A stretch of 64,000 nucleotides of DNA from Craspedostauros australis (lineage: Eukaryota): positions 1-64,000 of the forward strand of contig JALAGF010006637.1 of NCBI GenBank assembly GCA_030167865.1, read 5' to 3'. A model generated the notes under the pieces. It was not told the origin of the DNA. It saw only the letters and a list, made by a program, of their open reading frames with translations, and made no database searches. The translations under genes and the position numbers were made by a program. Shown here piece by piece: positions 52,430-64,000 of the stretch. Positions within the stretch are counted from its first letter, which is position 1, and each line of letters opens with the position of its first letter.

Positions 52430-54004
52430 ATGCCAAAGAAGCACCTTCACGTGGATACGGGCGACGCCTGCTCTTCGCGATACGACGGCGATGGCAATGA
52501 CGATGGTCGGACACCCGACAGGAGCCAAAGACGGCGACAACGACGACAAGGGCAGTCCGAAGATGATGACGATGGTATGCAGCCGCCGAGCCCGGCTAAC
52601 ACGGCAGACACAGAAGACTCTTTCGAAGACTATGATGAAGGCTACGAGTATGACGACGAGCACCAGACTGGCAGCTTTCGCGATGACGAGTGCGGTTCCA
52701 ACGATCACAGGCAGAACGACCGTCGCAACAGATCATCGAACCGAAATCATCGTCACGATGAATACGACAGCAACGAACCGCGCCGCAAGGATCCGAACGT
52801 CGTCGTCATTGAGCATCAGCACACAGATGGGAAGTCCTCCAAGAAGGGCGGTGGCGGTGCTGCTGCCGTACGCAATCTCAGCCGTCCCATGAAGATGGTC
52901 ATCGGCCTCATCCTGCTGCTCTCCACAGGAGGCTTCGCGTACTTCTTCCGCGAATGGTTCCGCATCCCGGGTCTCGAGACCCAGATCCAACGTCTCGAGG
53001 CAGAAATTGGCCGTCTCTCAGGTGAAGTGGATCGCCTCTCCTCCGAGCTCGATCGATACGAAGGTCTCAACTCGCAGCTCAACTCCACCATCCTTGAGCT
53101 GGATGCGCAGAACGATCGCCTCAACGCCTCCAACGCACAGTTCCGACAGCTCAATCAGCAATTGAACGCCTCCGTCGTGGAATTGCAGGTTCAGAATGAC
53201 AAGCTGGAGGAGCAGGTGGACGTCTTTGAATACCTCAACGACAATCTCAACATCACCACGATTACGCTCGCCACGGAGGTCCGGCGGTTGGAACGGGCCG
53301 TGGACCGGCTGGAAGAGGAGAACGACGGACTGCGATTCCTTGTGAAGAGCTTGTCCAACGAGACGGATACGCTGTCCAACCTGAACGACGAGCTGAGAGG
53401 GTCACTGGAGCAGTTCGAAGGTCAGGTGGGGAATCTGACAGCGCAGGTGGACCGCCTGGACGAGCTCAACGAGGAGCTATCGACGATAGTATCATTCCTG
53501 AATGAGACCGCTGGGGAATTCGAAAGATCGTTTGATGGGATGAGCAAGTTCTTGACGACGCAGATCACGGCCTACAGAGATATCTTGGTCGATGACACGA
53601 AGAAGTACTACGACAGCCAGGTCGATCATTGGGACTGTCTTTACTACAACGTCTTTGAGCTGGATCCCTTTGGACAAGACCCGACAGCTCCAATTGGATC
53701 GGAAAGATTCGAGGATGTAATGATCTTCGTGGACACCAACGTCCTGTCGAAGCTTTGCCTGTCGAGGCCGGACTTTGAAACGTACTTGCAGAAGGAGGTC
53801 TTGAAGACAGAAGCATTTCCTCCCGTTGGTGCGTCCACAGACGACATCGTCAGCGCGATCAATCTGTACACCCTGTTCGTGATGAACTACTACTTCCCTT
53901 TCGTCGGGAGCATCGGCGACGGGCTTTCCTCAGACGAATGGGCCGAGGCTCGATACGATTGCTCCAATTTATCCGATGACCAGCTCTTCCTGTATTACAC
54001 ATGA
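52430..54004 (+). CDS. Hypothetical type II membrane protein with a long lumenal/extracellular coiled coil, 524 aa
   Basis: Charged disordered N-terminus, one TM (MVIGLILLLSTGGFAYFF), about 200 aa of heptad repeats with several NxS/T sequons, and a C-terminal globular region with three Cys. Confidence 0.85.
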   Translation: MPKKHLHVDTGDACSSRYDGDGNDDGRTPDRSQRRRQRRQGQSEDDDDGMQPPSPANTADTEDSFEDYDEGYEYDDEHQTGSFRDDECGSNDHRQNDRRNRSSNRNHRHDEYDSNEPRRKDPNVVVIEHQHTDGKSSKKGGGGAAAVRNLSRPMKMVIGLILLLSTGGFAYFFREWFRIPGLETQIQRLEAEIGRLSGEVDRLSSELDRYEGLNSQLNSTILELDAQNDRLNASNAQFRQLNQQLNASVVELQVQNDKLEEQVDVFEYLNDNLNITTITLATEVRRLERAVDRLEEENDGLRFLVKSLSNETDTLSNLNDELRGSLEQFEGQVGNLTAQVDRLDELNEELSTIVSFLNETAGEFERSFDGMSKFLTTQITAYRDILVDDTKKYYDSQVDHWDCLYYNVFELDPFGQDPTAPIGSERFEDVMIFVDTNVLSKLCLSRPDFETYLQKEVLKTEAFPPVGASTDDIVSAINLYTLFVMNYYFPFVGSIGDGLSSDEWAEARYDCSNLSDDQLFLYYT

Positions 54005-56874
54005 TGAGTGCGTGGATGGAATGGTGATTTCCAAGGATCTGTGAATTCCTTACTCACGCCTGTACCATCCGTACACTATGCCGTGAACGACACCAAATGT
54101 ACCAAGAAGATACGGAAGCATGGAACGGGGATGGAATTGCATTTCTCCACCTAATGCGTGCTGTGCGACTACTGCGCCATGTCTCTCCTGTTCTACAACA
54201 TGATTTATACTCTAATAGTAACACTATACTCGTGCATTGACACAATTATTCAACTGAACTAGAGTAGACTTCACTGGTACAGTAGAGAGATTGAGTGAAG
54301 AAAAGGATCCGCAGATTGGCAAAGATTTGTTCAGATGGTCTTCCCAGAGTACTTGTACTGGTACCAGTACTTGGTGTGCCTTGGTGCCATTTGAACAGAC
54401 ACGATCGGAAAGCCCATGTGCCATCCTTGATTCAAACCAGCGTGCACACGCTTCAAACAGAATGCTGGCGTGGTTGACACAACAGCATGAAGATTGAAGA
54501 TGCAACGAAAGAGGATGACAAAGGCATGCTCTCAAATCAGAGCGAGCTTCTGGCTGGAGAACGGTATAGCAGTATCTGCTCACGGCCAATCAACCGAATG
54601 GCCGGGGCTGCGTACCAAACTCGTAGGTCGTACTTACCACCTCACAAGTCCATCGAGTGGATCGAACAACGCACTCCCCCGAGTCACATCTGCTCCACAC
54701 ATTCCGTTTCGATGGTCATTGTTGCCACTCGATCTGGACGTGGTCAACGCCATGATTCATTCCTTTCGGATGTTATTGCCAATCGGTGGGGTTCCGCACC
54801 AGTGGTGTGAATGCCACAGAGTGCACGGCGACTCTTGGCACTGTGGTACGAGTAGATCGGATGGATGAGCAGACGGAGCCTGCAGTCGCCCATCCGCAAG
54901 CGCCACAAGTGTCGAAAGTGTGAAGGCCGGGCGCAGACATGTGCTCGCTGAGAGACGGAGCCGTCCGACCTCACATCCTTTGTTTCTGGCTCGGACACCC
55001 ACGAGGCGACTCCAGCAAGCATTGCAAAGCTGTTTTGTCAGTCGATCTTGGTGTCTGATTTCGCGGAATTTGAATGGATGGTTGGAATTGAAGCATCATG
55101 TATCGAAAGTCAAGACAAATGAATACACATGCCACCACAAGAGCAGTGTTTCTCCGAAGACCATCCTCCGCTCTCTCGGCAGGAGGTGAAGGTGATGATG
55201 GGCATCACTGTGCGTCACCAACTCGCCACTTTGCATTGTTTGGTTCGTCGCGGTATCGGTGCACGAAGCGATTTGGCTCGTTTCTCAGGGCGGTAGTCCC
55301 TCTGGATACCAGGCAACAGCGGGTCTGCTTATCCTGACATCATGTTCTTGGGAAGGGACGTTGGTAGGATTCCTTGTGGTTCGGTCCCTGGTTGTTGGCA
55401 CCGCATCGCAGTGCATTGCGACGCGACGCGTTGTGTTGATGGCTGGAGAGAGGGCAGATGGGTGGCTGGCAGGGTGAGCGGAAAGCTGCGTCAAGCATGC
55501 AGTTGGGATGTCACGACGTTGGATGTTGGCCTGTCCACGAGCAGTTGCGATACCGTTCGCATGCATGTCTGCGCTTAACCATGGAGCTGACTCTGGGGTA
55601 CGTACATCAGCCTGGGAGCAGAGGGAGCTAGTGACGCACAACAACGCGCAGCCTCAACTTGTCTGGAAAGTGATCTTCCTCCCTCTCGAGGTCAATCTTG
55701 CACACACAATGGTCAGGAGGAGCAACGGCGTCACATGAAAGAAAGCCAGCTCTTGTCGATTCGTCGTGCTTTCTTGCTTTGGCCGGAACGGTGGAGTCGT
55801 TGCCGATTGTCACGGCTTTCTTCAACCACCCCATGTGGCGATGGTGGCGTCAGCTTCAATAGTAATGTCAACGACGGGCGACAATGCTCCATCCATTTGT
55901 TTGTGAACACGTGGCCTGGCGGGATCAAAAGAACGTCGCGGTTAATCATTGTTTCCGATGCCCCCCGGAAGCTGATCGTTGGCGCTGACGGATGCTTGCC
56001 AACGTTACGGCGCATGAGTCCATGGTGGGGTGCTCCCGTCTGCGTGGTGTTGCTGGTATTCCTGGTGCTGTTGTCACGATTTGTTGCTCCTTCGAGTTGT
56101 GGCAGTAATTTTGTCGCTGTGGTCTTTCCCCGTTTTCACGACTTTATCAACAGTTGCGCTGTTGTGAATTGTGAAGAATCGTAAGGGCTGGAAAATGTGA
56201 GTCTGCGAATAGTTTTGTCGCTTTCTCGCGGCGCCACGCCTGCTGCGTGTGTTGTTAAGTCATTCTTTTCGTAGTGACACTGTGAGGGGCGTATACGGAG
56301 TCCCGAAATGCAGTATCAATTGATCCAGGCACGAAGAAAGGGTGGCTGGCTGAGAGACTCTTCGGCTCTTTCGTGCATTTTCTTCTTACCAGACCAGGCG
56401 CTTTTCTATTTGTGCCTCTTGTCTGGTCTTGGTTTGTGTTTGTGCACGAGAAGCACGCACGGAACGATTTGAGGTACGAGTAACGCGGCAGCAACGACAC
56501 CAGTTTAGCGCTGCAGCAACAAGCAGCAAAAATTCAACGATACAGCCACTCCCACAAGACAACACACAGCATCCTCGCGAACACTCACAATCAACAACGA
56601 AGGCAACAACAGCGCCCAAGTGTGTAAGACCGCAATCCCCGCAGCAATCGCAACTGTCCTCATCACCACCCAAGAGCAAGGCTAAAGGTATTGGAAGGGC
56701 GAGGGAAAGTCCAACGACCAGAAAGGAGCTCAGCCACGCACACAAAGCCTCCGCAAGTGCAACTCTGGAGACCACAAGAGAGAGAGAGAGAAATCGAAAG
56801 TGCGGTACCAGGGACATCAAGACGCGATTGTGCTCATAAAACCAAATCAACACCAGATCTCACACCTGAAGGCA

Positions 56875-56990
56875 ACAACCACAACACAACAAACAACACA
56901 ACACAACACAACACAGACCAACACACAGCAACACACAGCAACACACAGCAACACACAGCAACACACAGCAACACACAACAAACACAGAAT
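56875..56990 (+). repeat. C/A-rich simple repeats including (acacacagca) x~5
   Basis: The decamer tandem repeat is visible at about 56921-56976, immediately upstream of the ATG at 56997. Confidence 0.9.
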
Positions 56991-56996
56991 CACACC

Positions 56997-57566
56997 ATGT
57001 TGGGCACCGAAGAGAACAACAGCATCATCGCCGTCGGCGGACCACTGGAAATGGACTTCCAGTCCATCGAGATCGAGGGCCTCGACATCGTCCGACTCAA
57101 CGACCAGGCCTCAAGGAACAGGGAAGCTCGATCAGCGCTTCTCGAAGAGCCGCACGGTGAACACGACGACACCGAGAGCCTCGGGGGCTGCGAGAGCTCC
57201 GCTGGATTGCTCTCCGATAGCTACGCCGCTGACTCCATCGTCATGGTGAAGGCCACGCGCGTCACAGCCAGACAGAGACAGCGACGCCGGCTCTCCAACG
57301 AGAGCGAGTTTGCCGCGGACTCCGTCGACCTCGTCCGGGGCAGGAATGACGTGGGCCTGGTCTCGACAACGCGCGCGGCGCGACGGGGATCCATGGGATC
57401 GTTGGACTCGTTCTGCCTGGAATGGAAGCAGGTGCTGAAGCTCGGGGATCAGCACTCTTCTGGACAGAACGCCGGTGTCAAGTCTCTCATGATGCCCTCC
57501 GCCGTCGCGGCGGCGCCTGGCATCGACGGGCTGCAGCCCATGCGCATCAGCAACTCTGCTGCCTAA
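56997..57566 (+). CDS. Hypothetical 189-aa protein
   Basis: ATG in a caccATG context after a C/A-rich leader, with coding-like codon usage. It has an internal duplication (YAADSI / FAADSV) and an RRGSMGS motif. No known domain recognised. Confidence 0.65.
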   Translation: MLGTEENNSIIAVGGPLEMDFQSIEIEGLDIVRLNDQASRNREARSALLEEPHGEHDDTESLGGCESSAGLLSDSYAADSIVMVKATRVTARQRQRRRLSNESEFAADSVDLVRGRNDVGLVSTTRAARRGSMGSLDSFCLEWKQVLKLGDQHSSGQNAGVKSLMMPSAVAAAPGIDGLQPMRISNSAA

Positions 57567-58188
57567 ACAGCTCATGTCGTCCGGCAGCAACACAACACAG
57601 CAGCAAGAGAGAGAGAGAGAGAAACGGAATCAGAACGCCACAACCGCAACACCGCCATCCTCCTCCTCCTCATCATCAGCAACAACCATGCATCCTCCAC
57701 ACCCATACCAATGCTCGTCTCCATGTGCACCAAACAGAGGAAAGTACTCTCGCACAACTAACAATAAAGCAATAGAACACACACACAACTTCGCGCACAA
57801 TCGCGCCATCGTCATCGATCGTGGAAACTCCCCATCGTGAGACATGCAGACAGAAGAAACAAGATCAGAACAGCGGAAGAATTCTCGCGAAAAGTTTGTC
57901 GTTGCGCGTTTCCGATGAACCAGTCTAGTGCATGTGAGTCTAGAGAGAACGATTGTCGTTCACCAAACAAGTCCGCGCTAATGAATGACTACCCGGACTG
58001 AGCTGAGTTGGGCGAACTCACGATTCTGCGAAGACGACAATCACCACACAAAACACGCCTCAAAATCCAACGGCACAAACTCACGCACAAACACACTCGC
58101 ACAATTGGCATTCATCGATCGCCTGTTCTTGCCATTCTTCTCCATTGTGTAAGTGCTCAAGTGTTCAAGTGCAATGCCATCATAGAGT

Positions 58189-58191
<3 letters not shown>

Positions 58192-58228
<37 letters not shown>
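58192..58228. repeat. (GA)n microsatellite
   Basis: Uninterrupted GA run about 50 nt upstream of the nardilysin-like ATG. Confidence 0.95.
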
Positions 58229-58229
<1 letters not shown>

Positions 58230-58275
58230 ATACAATATAACTTCGAAAGCAACGATTAGTTGCATTGCATGCAAG

Positions 58276-61200
58276 ATGACCACAGCACCAGCCGCACCAC
58301 CCTGCGTCGTCGGCCCGGACCTCAATCCAACGCGTTCTTCGATGGACAAGAAGCTCTACCGTCAGATCATGCTGCCGAATGGGCTGAGGGCCATGTTGAT
58401 TTCCGACACGGTCGCCATGAATCAGACGTCCGCTGGTCGTTCTTCTGACGATGATGATGACGATGGTGGTGAAGACGATGACGAAGACAAAGATGACAAA
58501 GACGACAACGATGATAACAATGGTGAGGATGACAACGATGATGAACAAGAGGACGACGAAGAGGATGAAGAGGGCGAAGACGAAAAGGATGGCTTGCGCG
58601 ATGCTGCAGCAGCCATGGTGGTGGGGGTTGGCTCCATGTACGATCCGCCGGAAGCACAGGGCCTGGCGCATTTCTTGGAGCACATGCTCTTCATGGGAAC
58701 GAAGAAGTACCCCGGAGACAATGCCTACGACGCCTTCCTGTCCAAGCACGGTGGTGACAACAACGCGTTCACGGAGATGGAGTACACCCTCTACCACCTG
58801 TCCATCCAGCAGGAGCAGCTCTTCCCCGCGCTCGACATGTTCGCCCAGTTCTTCATCTCGCCCTTGATGGTGCAGGACGCCGTGGAGCGAGAGATGAACG
58901 CGGTGGAGTCGGAATTTCAGGGAGTCCGCAACTCCGATCAGTGCAGAATGCAGCAGATCATGATCCACACGTCGGGACGCAAACCGGACGATCATCCATT
59001 CGGAAAATTCGCGTGGGGCAACCTCAAGAGTCTCCGTGACGCGCCCAAGGCACAGGGTGTCGACATCATGAAGGTGCTGCGTTCGTTTTACGACCAATAC
59101 TACCATGCATCCAGCATGGCCCTCGTCGTCATCGGGGCGTATTCGTTGGACAAGCTGCAAGACGAGGTGTGCAAGATGTTCTGCGACATTCCAGCCGCTC
59201 CGCGCGAGAAGCAGGTGTGGCCCGTGGAGTACGACGGCATCAAGACGTGGCAGCAAACGCTCAGGTCTCCCATGGCCGATATTGGGCTGCCGCTGGTGGA
59301 CACAGGCGTCCAGAAGGTCTACCGCATGGCACCAGTGAGAGATCGTCACACCATCTCCATCACGTGGCAGATCCCTGCACAGATCAAGAACTGGCGGTCG
59401 CGGCCATGCGACTACATCTCGCATCTGCTGGGTCATGAAAGCGAAGGCAGCGTCCTGGCGGCGCTCAAGAAGGACTCCTGGGCCACATCGTGCTTCGTTG
59501 GAGTGGGCGAGGGGGGAATGGAGTTCGCCTCGTCCCATGCCTTGTTCACGGCGACGTTCTCCCTGTCGGAGGACGGCATGTCACACTGGAAGGAAGTGGT
59601 CGACGAAATATACGTCTACATCGGCATGCTGCGGCACTACTGCGCAACGAACAACCTCCCGCCTTGGATCTACGATGAACTGCGCCTGACGTACGACATG
59701 GCGTACCGCTTCAGCAACGAGGCCTCACCGGAGAGCTGCGTGGAGCACATCGCGGAACGCATGGCACCCCATTTCCGACTGCCCGCAGAACGTATCCTGG
59801 ACGGGCAGGATCTGCTATTTGAACATGACGATGATGCCGTGAAGGATCTGCTGGACAACTACCTCACTTCCAAGAATGCGCGCATCGATATCCTTTCGTC
59901 CTCGTTCGGGCGGGCGTCCGATTACGATGCGAAGGCCAAGGGGACCGACGATGTCGATGAAGGTGACGAAGATGGTGCAGGTCATGATGATGCGACTGAC
60001 GATGGTGATGCCGAGACCGAGGTCGCAGACGACGATAATGTCAATGACACCGACAAGAACTCGGACTCGGACATGAAGGCGATGATGGAGAAGTTTGGTG
60101 CTCCTACCGTCGAGCCCATCTTCGGAGCATCGTTTTGGGAGGAGACTATCGACGACGATACCATCCAGATGTGGGAGCAGTCAGCGGCTGCCAAGATGCC
60201 AAAGGAGGGGTCATTCATCAAGCTCCCACCAAAGAATCCATTCGTGCCTGAGAATTTCGATCTCAAGCCTCCGCCGCAGGAAGTCACCGACCATCCCATG
60301 CTCAATGCAGCCATCGTGATCTGCCCTGTGACGGAAGGCGACGAGGCTTGGTCGAAAGCAACTGTGTCCAAGTACGACTCGATCGAGAGGTCCTTGCTGT
60401 GCGTCTACGAAGATGCCGACGTCGACCAGAGGTGGTTTGCGATCGATGACGACTTGTCCGAAGCAGCAGCGGCAGCCAAAATTGTGCCCGGATTGGAAGG
60501 GACCTTCAACAAGAAGCTCATCAAATACCGAGTCGTTGCCCTCCGCGACGGTGGCAGGGAATCGGGCGATGCAGTCCAGGCCGATGGCGAAGAAGAACAA
60601 GCCACGAAGGAGGACATTGCGGACAATGCGGACGGTGAGGATGAGGAAGATCCCGAAGCGGAATCTGCGATGCCAGTGATTCCGCCACCGCAACAGCCAT
60701 CACGTCTGCCAAAGCTGATCTACGATGAGGGTTGCATCAAGGTGTGGCACTTGCAGGATCGCGTCTTCAAGAGACCAACGGCAGACCTCCGCACCCGCCT
60801 TATCTGCGGCAACTCCAACAAGACAGTGCTGCATGCTCTGTGTTCCGACCTCTCCGTCAACCTTGTTGCTGATGCGCTGGTGGAGACGTCGTACCTGGCA
60901 AGCGTCAGCGAGCTGGGAAGTTCATTCTCAGGCAGCGAGGTCGGCATCACATTCCGCGTCAACGGATTCAACGACAAGCTGCTGGTCCTGTACAAGACGA
61001 TGCTCGAGACCTTGCTCAGCTTCCGCGGTCGCAAGGGCAGCGATGGACTCCCATCCTGCATCCAGCCAGGCCGATTCGAAGCCGTGGTGGAGGTATTGAG
61101 ACGAAAGTACGCCAACGTGGGCCTCAAGACGGCCAGCCAAACCACGGAAATCCGAGTCCAGTGCCTGCGTCGGGGATGTCCATCGTCAGAAGAAAAAGCT

Positions 61201-62358
61201 GCCGCCCTGGAGACGCTGACCGAAGCCACCTTCGTGGAGACCATGGCAGACATGATGCAAAGCGTCGCAGTAGAGACGCTGTACCACGGAAACATCACGT
61301 TGGCAGACGCCAAGGAGGCCTGCGACTTGATTGTGGACATGATCAACAAGACCGGAGGGGCAGACCTTCCTAAGGCCAACTTCCCGACGGAACATGTTGT
61401 CCGGATTCCTGCCGGGACGACACCACTGTCCATCGTCGCACCATCCAAGGACCCCGCAGCACCCACCACATCCGTCGAGATGTACTTTCAGGTTGGGAAG
61501 GATGAGATCACAAGCCGCGTGATGAGCGATCTCCTCACGCACATCATGTACGAACCCTTCTACAAGCAGCTGAGGACGGATGATCAGTTCGGTTACACGG
61601 TGGGGTGCGATTCCAGGTGGACGGTCGGGGTCGTGGGGATCTACTTCTACGTGGTGTCACCCACCAAGAGCGCGGTACGTTGGGTCTGTGCTTGTTGGCG
61701 TTTGTTTTGCTGCGTCGCATTCCAAATCATGCATTGCCACACGTGTCATCCATCTCACCGTTTGCATTGCACGCCGTCTTCACGATCACAACGCAACTGT
61801 GCACACACTGCAACCATCTGGCGATCGGAATATCGAACAATCGATCTATTGTACTCGTACACATGACACGAACAGAAGCAAATCGTTGAGCGCATCGAAC
61901 GATTCCTGTCGGAGTATCGCAGGGTGCTGGTCGACATGAGCGACGCGACCTTCAAGGACCATCTGGTTGGCATTGTGAAGCAAAAGCTGGACATGTTCAA
62001 TTCGTTGGCCGAGGAGTGCAGCACGTACTGGTCCGAAATCCGCGAATTCCGCTACGACTGGCAGGTGCAACGCAACGAGGCGTTGGCCTTGTGCCGTCTC
62101 ACCAAGACGGACGCGCTCGAATGCTACGACAAGTGGCTGAATCCATACAAGGTGACGACAAGCGACGTAGCACCGGCCGAACCCAACCCGCTGCGCAGAT
62201 CGTTGTTCGTGCAAGTGATCGGCGCCAACGACGAGGGTGACGCCGCGGAGGGACGGCCGGAAGTGCCAGATGGAATCCCTGTTGGTGAACACATCAATGA
62301 GATGGTGCGTGATTTGCGTGCCAAGATCGGAGATCAAACATGGGGGACAATCTACTGA
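58276..62358 (+). CDS. Nardilysin/insulysin-like M16A metalloendopeptidase, 2 exons
   Basis: YRQIMLPNGLRAMLISD, a nardilysin-type acidic insert (about 58447-58590), GLAHFLEHMLFMGTKKYP (inverted HxxEH zinc motif), NAFT, REMNAVESEF and EPFYKQLRTDDQFGYTV. An intron at 61675-61875 (GT..AG, phase 0) joins to KQIVERIERFL..TWGTIY*. Confidence 0.93.
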
Positions 62359-63664
62359 GCGATCTGCCGAGTGGCGCTAAACGTAAACGCAATGTTTCCA
62401 TCTGTCATGACAGCAGTTGATGGCGCCGAAACTATGGACGCACAGTCTTGGTCCTTCACGAATGGGACTTTTGTTGTCTCACTAGTGACCACATTGTGTC
62501 ATGGTGAATGTGCGCAATGCTGACTGATGGTGTTGGTGGCCCACGCTGCTGCTGCTCCTGCTGCCGTCGTTGTGGCTTCCACTGCCAAAGTCTTGTGTTC
62601 ATCGTTCTTGTTCCTGTCTTTCTGTCATTTGGAGATACGGGAAGCACAGCGGCATTTTGTGGAGGGAACAAGGTGTGTGTGGAGAATGCAGAAAATTGGT
62701 GTCTGGGGAATGGACAGAACGCGTTGGTTCACAGTCATCAATAAGAATTTATCAACGACACAATATTCGCTATAATGGGTGAATATAAAGTATGTTCACT
62801 TGTCCTTCACCATGTGAATCACTTATGAAGTACGACATGGGAAAGGGACATCTGGAAGGTTTCAGTCGCGGAAGCGCTCCAGATCCCGAATTTGTCTTCG
62901 GAAACGCGACGACGACATCGCGCGAAGCTCGGTGATGTCTTTGCGCCCATGTTTGGTTTGTCGTGTTGTTGATTGGGTGTGTTGTTGGTGCCAACCACGA
63001 AAGATGGTGCCTCGGCAGTGTTCGGAGCTGTTACTCCACTCCACTCCACCACAGAGGTCTCTGAAGGAGCCAAGCACGCCAAGACGACGCAGGCAAGAAA
63101 GGCAGAAGAAAACCTCGCTTCACTCCACTCCGCTTCGTTGCTCCATTTCGTACATCGCGCCACACGTTTCTCTGCAGGGCATTCGTTGATTTGAGCAAGA
63201 GAGAGAGAGAGAGAGAATTGGATGAAACAACGATCACGGAGTGCTATTATACTGTGCTAATAGTTCCAAGACCATTGACTCAACATACCCGCAGCGACAG
63301 CATCCAAAGAGGCTCCTCGCGAGAAGCCGAACCAAGAAGAATACAGCACAAGAGAGACAGAGAGAGCGCGCGAGCAAGAGAGTTTCTCCATTGGCAAGGT
63401 TCCGGCCGAATCTGATCATCTCTTGTGGAAACGCATCAGCCAGTCACTTGGTCGCAGGCGGCACTCTCGGTCAAGTCTGCTCTGCTCTGGTCTCGTTGGC
63501 TGCTCTTCATTGACACTTGCAGCGAGAGCGACTCCAACCTGAAAGCAGAGGCGTGGACTTGTGGAAGTGCATCCGGAAGAGCACCATTGAGCACCATTCC
63601 ACTCCGGCCGGCCATCCAACGAGACACCATACAACTGACAACCAAGCGGAACACCATTCGCACC

Positions 63665-64000
63665 ATGCCAAAGTCAAAGTCCAAAGACAGAGACCAACGC
63701 AAGCACGGCCATGGGCATCATGAGGATCCAGAACAGCAGCACGTTCATGAGCGCAGATCACGATCGTCTTCGCCCAAGCGCATGCATAGCCGAACATCGA
63801 CGTCGTCATCAGCATCCACACCGATGAAGTTCGTGTCTCCCTTGGTGGCGCCCATCATGAGAGGCGTCCGACGGATCCGAAGCGGCAGTCTGGGACCCAG
63901 CAAGTCGAGAAAGAACAAAGCCAAGCAACGATCGTCGTCCATAGACGAATCGAACCTTGCTTCTTCGGAGCCTGATGGAAGTCCATCACAAGAGACTTCC
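63665..64000 (+). CDS. 5' part of a hypothetical protein running off the window
   Basis: caccATG at 63665 opens a frame (MPKSKSKDRDQRKHGHGHHEDPEQQ..SPSQETS) with no stop before the window end. It is absent from the ORF track because it is unterminated. Confidence 0.6.
   Translation, partial: MPKSKSKDRDQRKHGHGHHEDPEQQHVHERRSRSSSPKRMHSRTSTSSSASTPMKFVSPLVAPIMRGVRRIRSGSLGPSKSRKNKAKQRSSSIDESNLASSEPDGSPSQETS

Noticed and set aside
54050..56850. Short ORFs and a 16-bp palindrome gtactggtaccagtac (54355-54370)
   Set aside because: The ORFs lack recognisable features, and an isolated short palindrome with no associated element is compatible with chance.
61675..61866. Cys/His-rich C-terminus of the 1196-aa ORF (VRWVCACWRLFCC..)
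   Set aside because: It is read-through into a GT..AG intron; the real C-terminus is on exon 61876-62358.

Overview
Eukaryotic nuclear DNA, most likely from a pennate diatom. The evidence is GT-AG introns of about 200-670 nt, frustulin-type C(E/A)GDCD domains, and a nucleus-encoded plastid protein with an ASAFAP-type bipartite presequence. The window holds about 14 protein-coding genes. The first 13 kb is a patch of secreted or surface genes: a gametolysin-type (M11) metalloprotease fused to four frustulin ACR domains and a long Pro/Thr/Ser mucin-like array; a secreted protein with two C-x5-C repeat modules, bracketed by a ~0.7 kb direct repeat and next to a frameshifted relic of a paralogue; and a probably GPI-anchored protein of four six-cysteine repeats. 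The rest contains plastid ribosomal protein L15, an atypical formin (no polyproline FH1; four CCDC53/WASHC3-like repeats instead), Golgi SNARE Gos1, a large bromodomain protein, a 3000-aa BEACH protein, a nardilysin-like M16A peptidase with a Tudor-like insertion, and several unassigned ORFs. I recognised no rRNA, tRNA, CRISPR array or autonomous transposon. There is one 50-N assembly gap at 8659-8708. All domain calls come from reading motifs by eye; no database searches were run.
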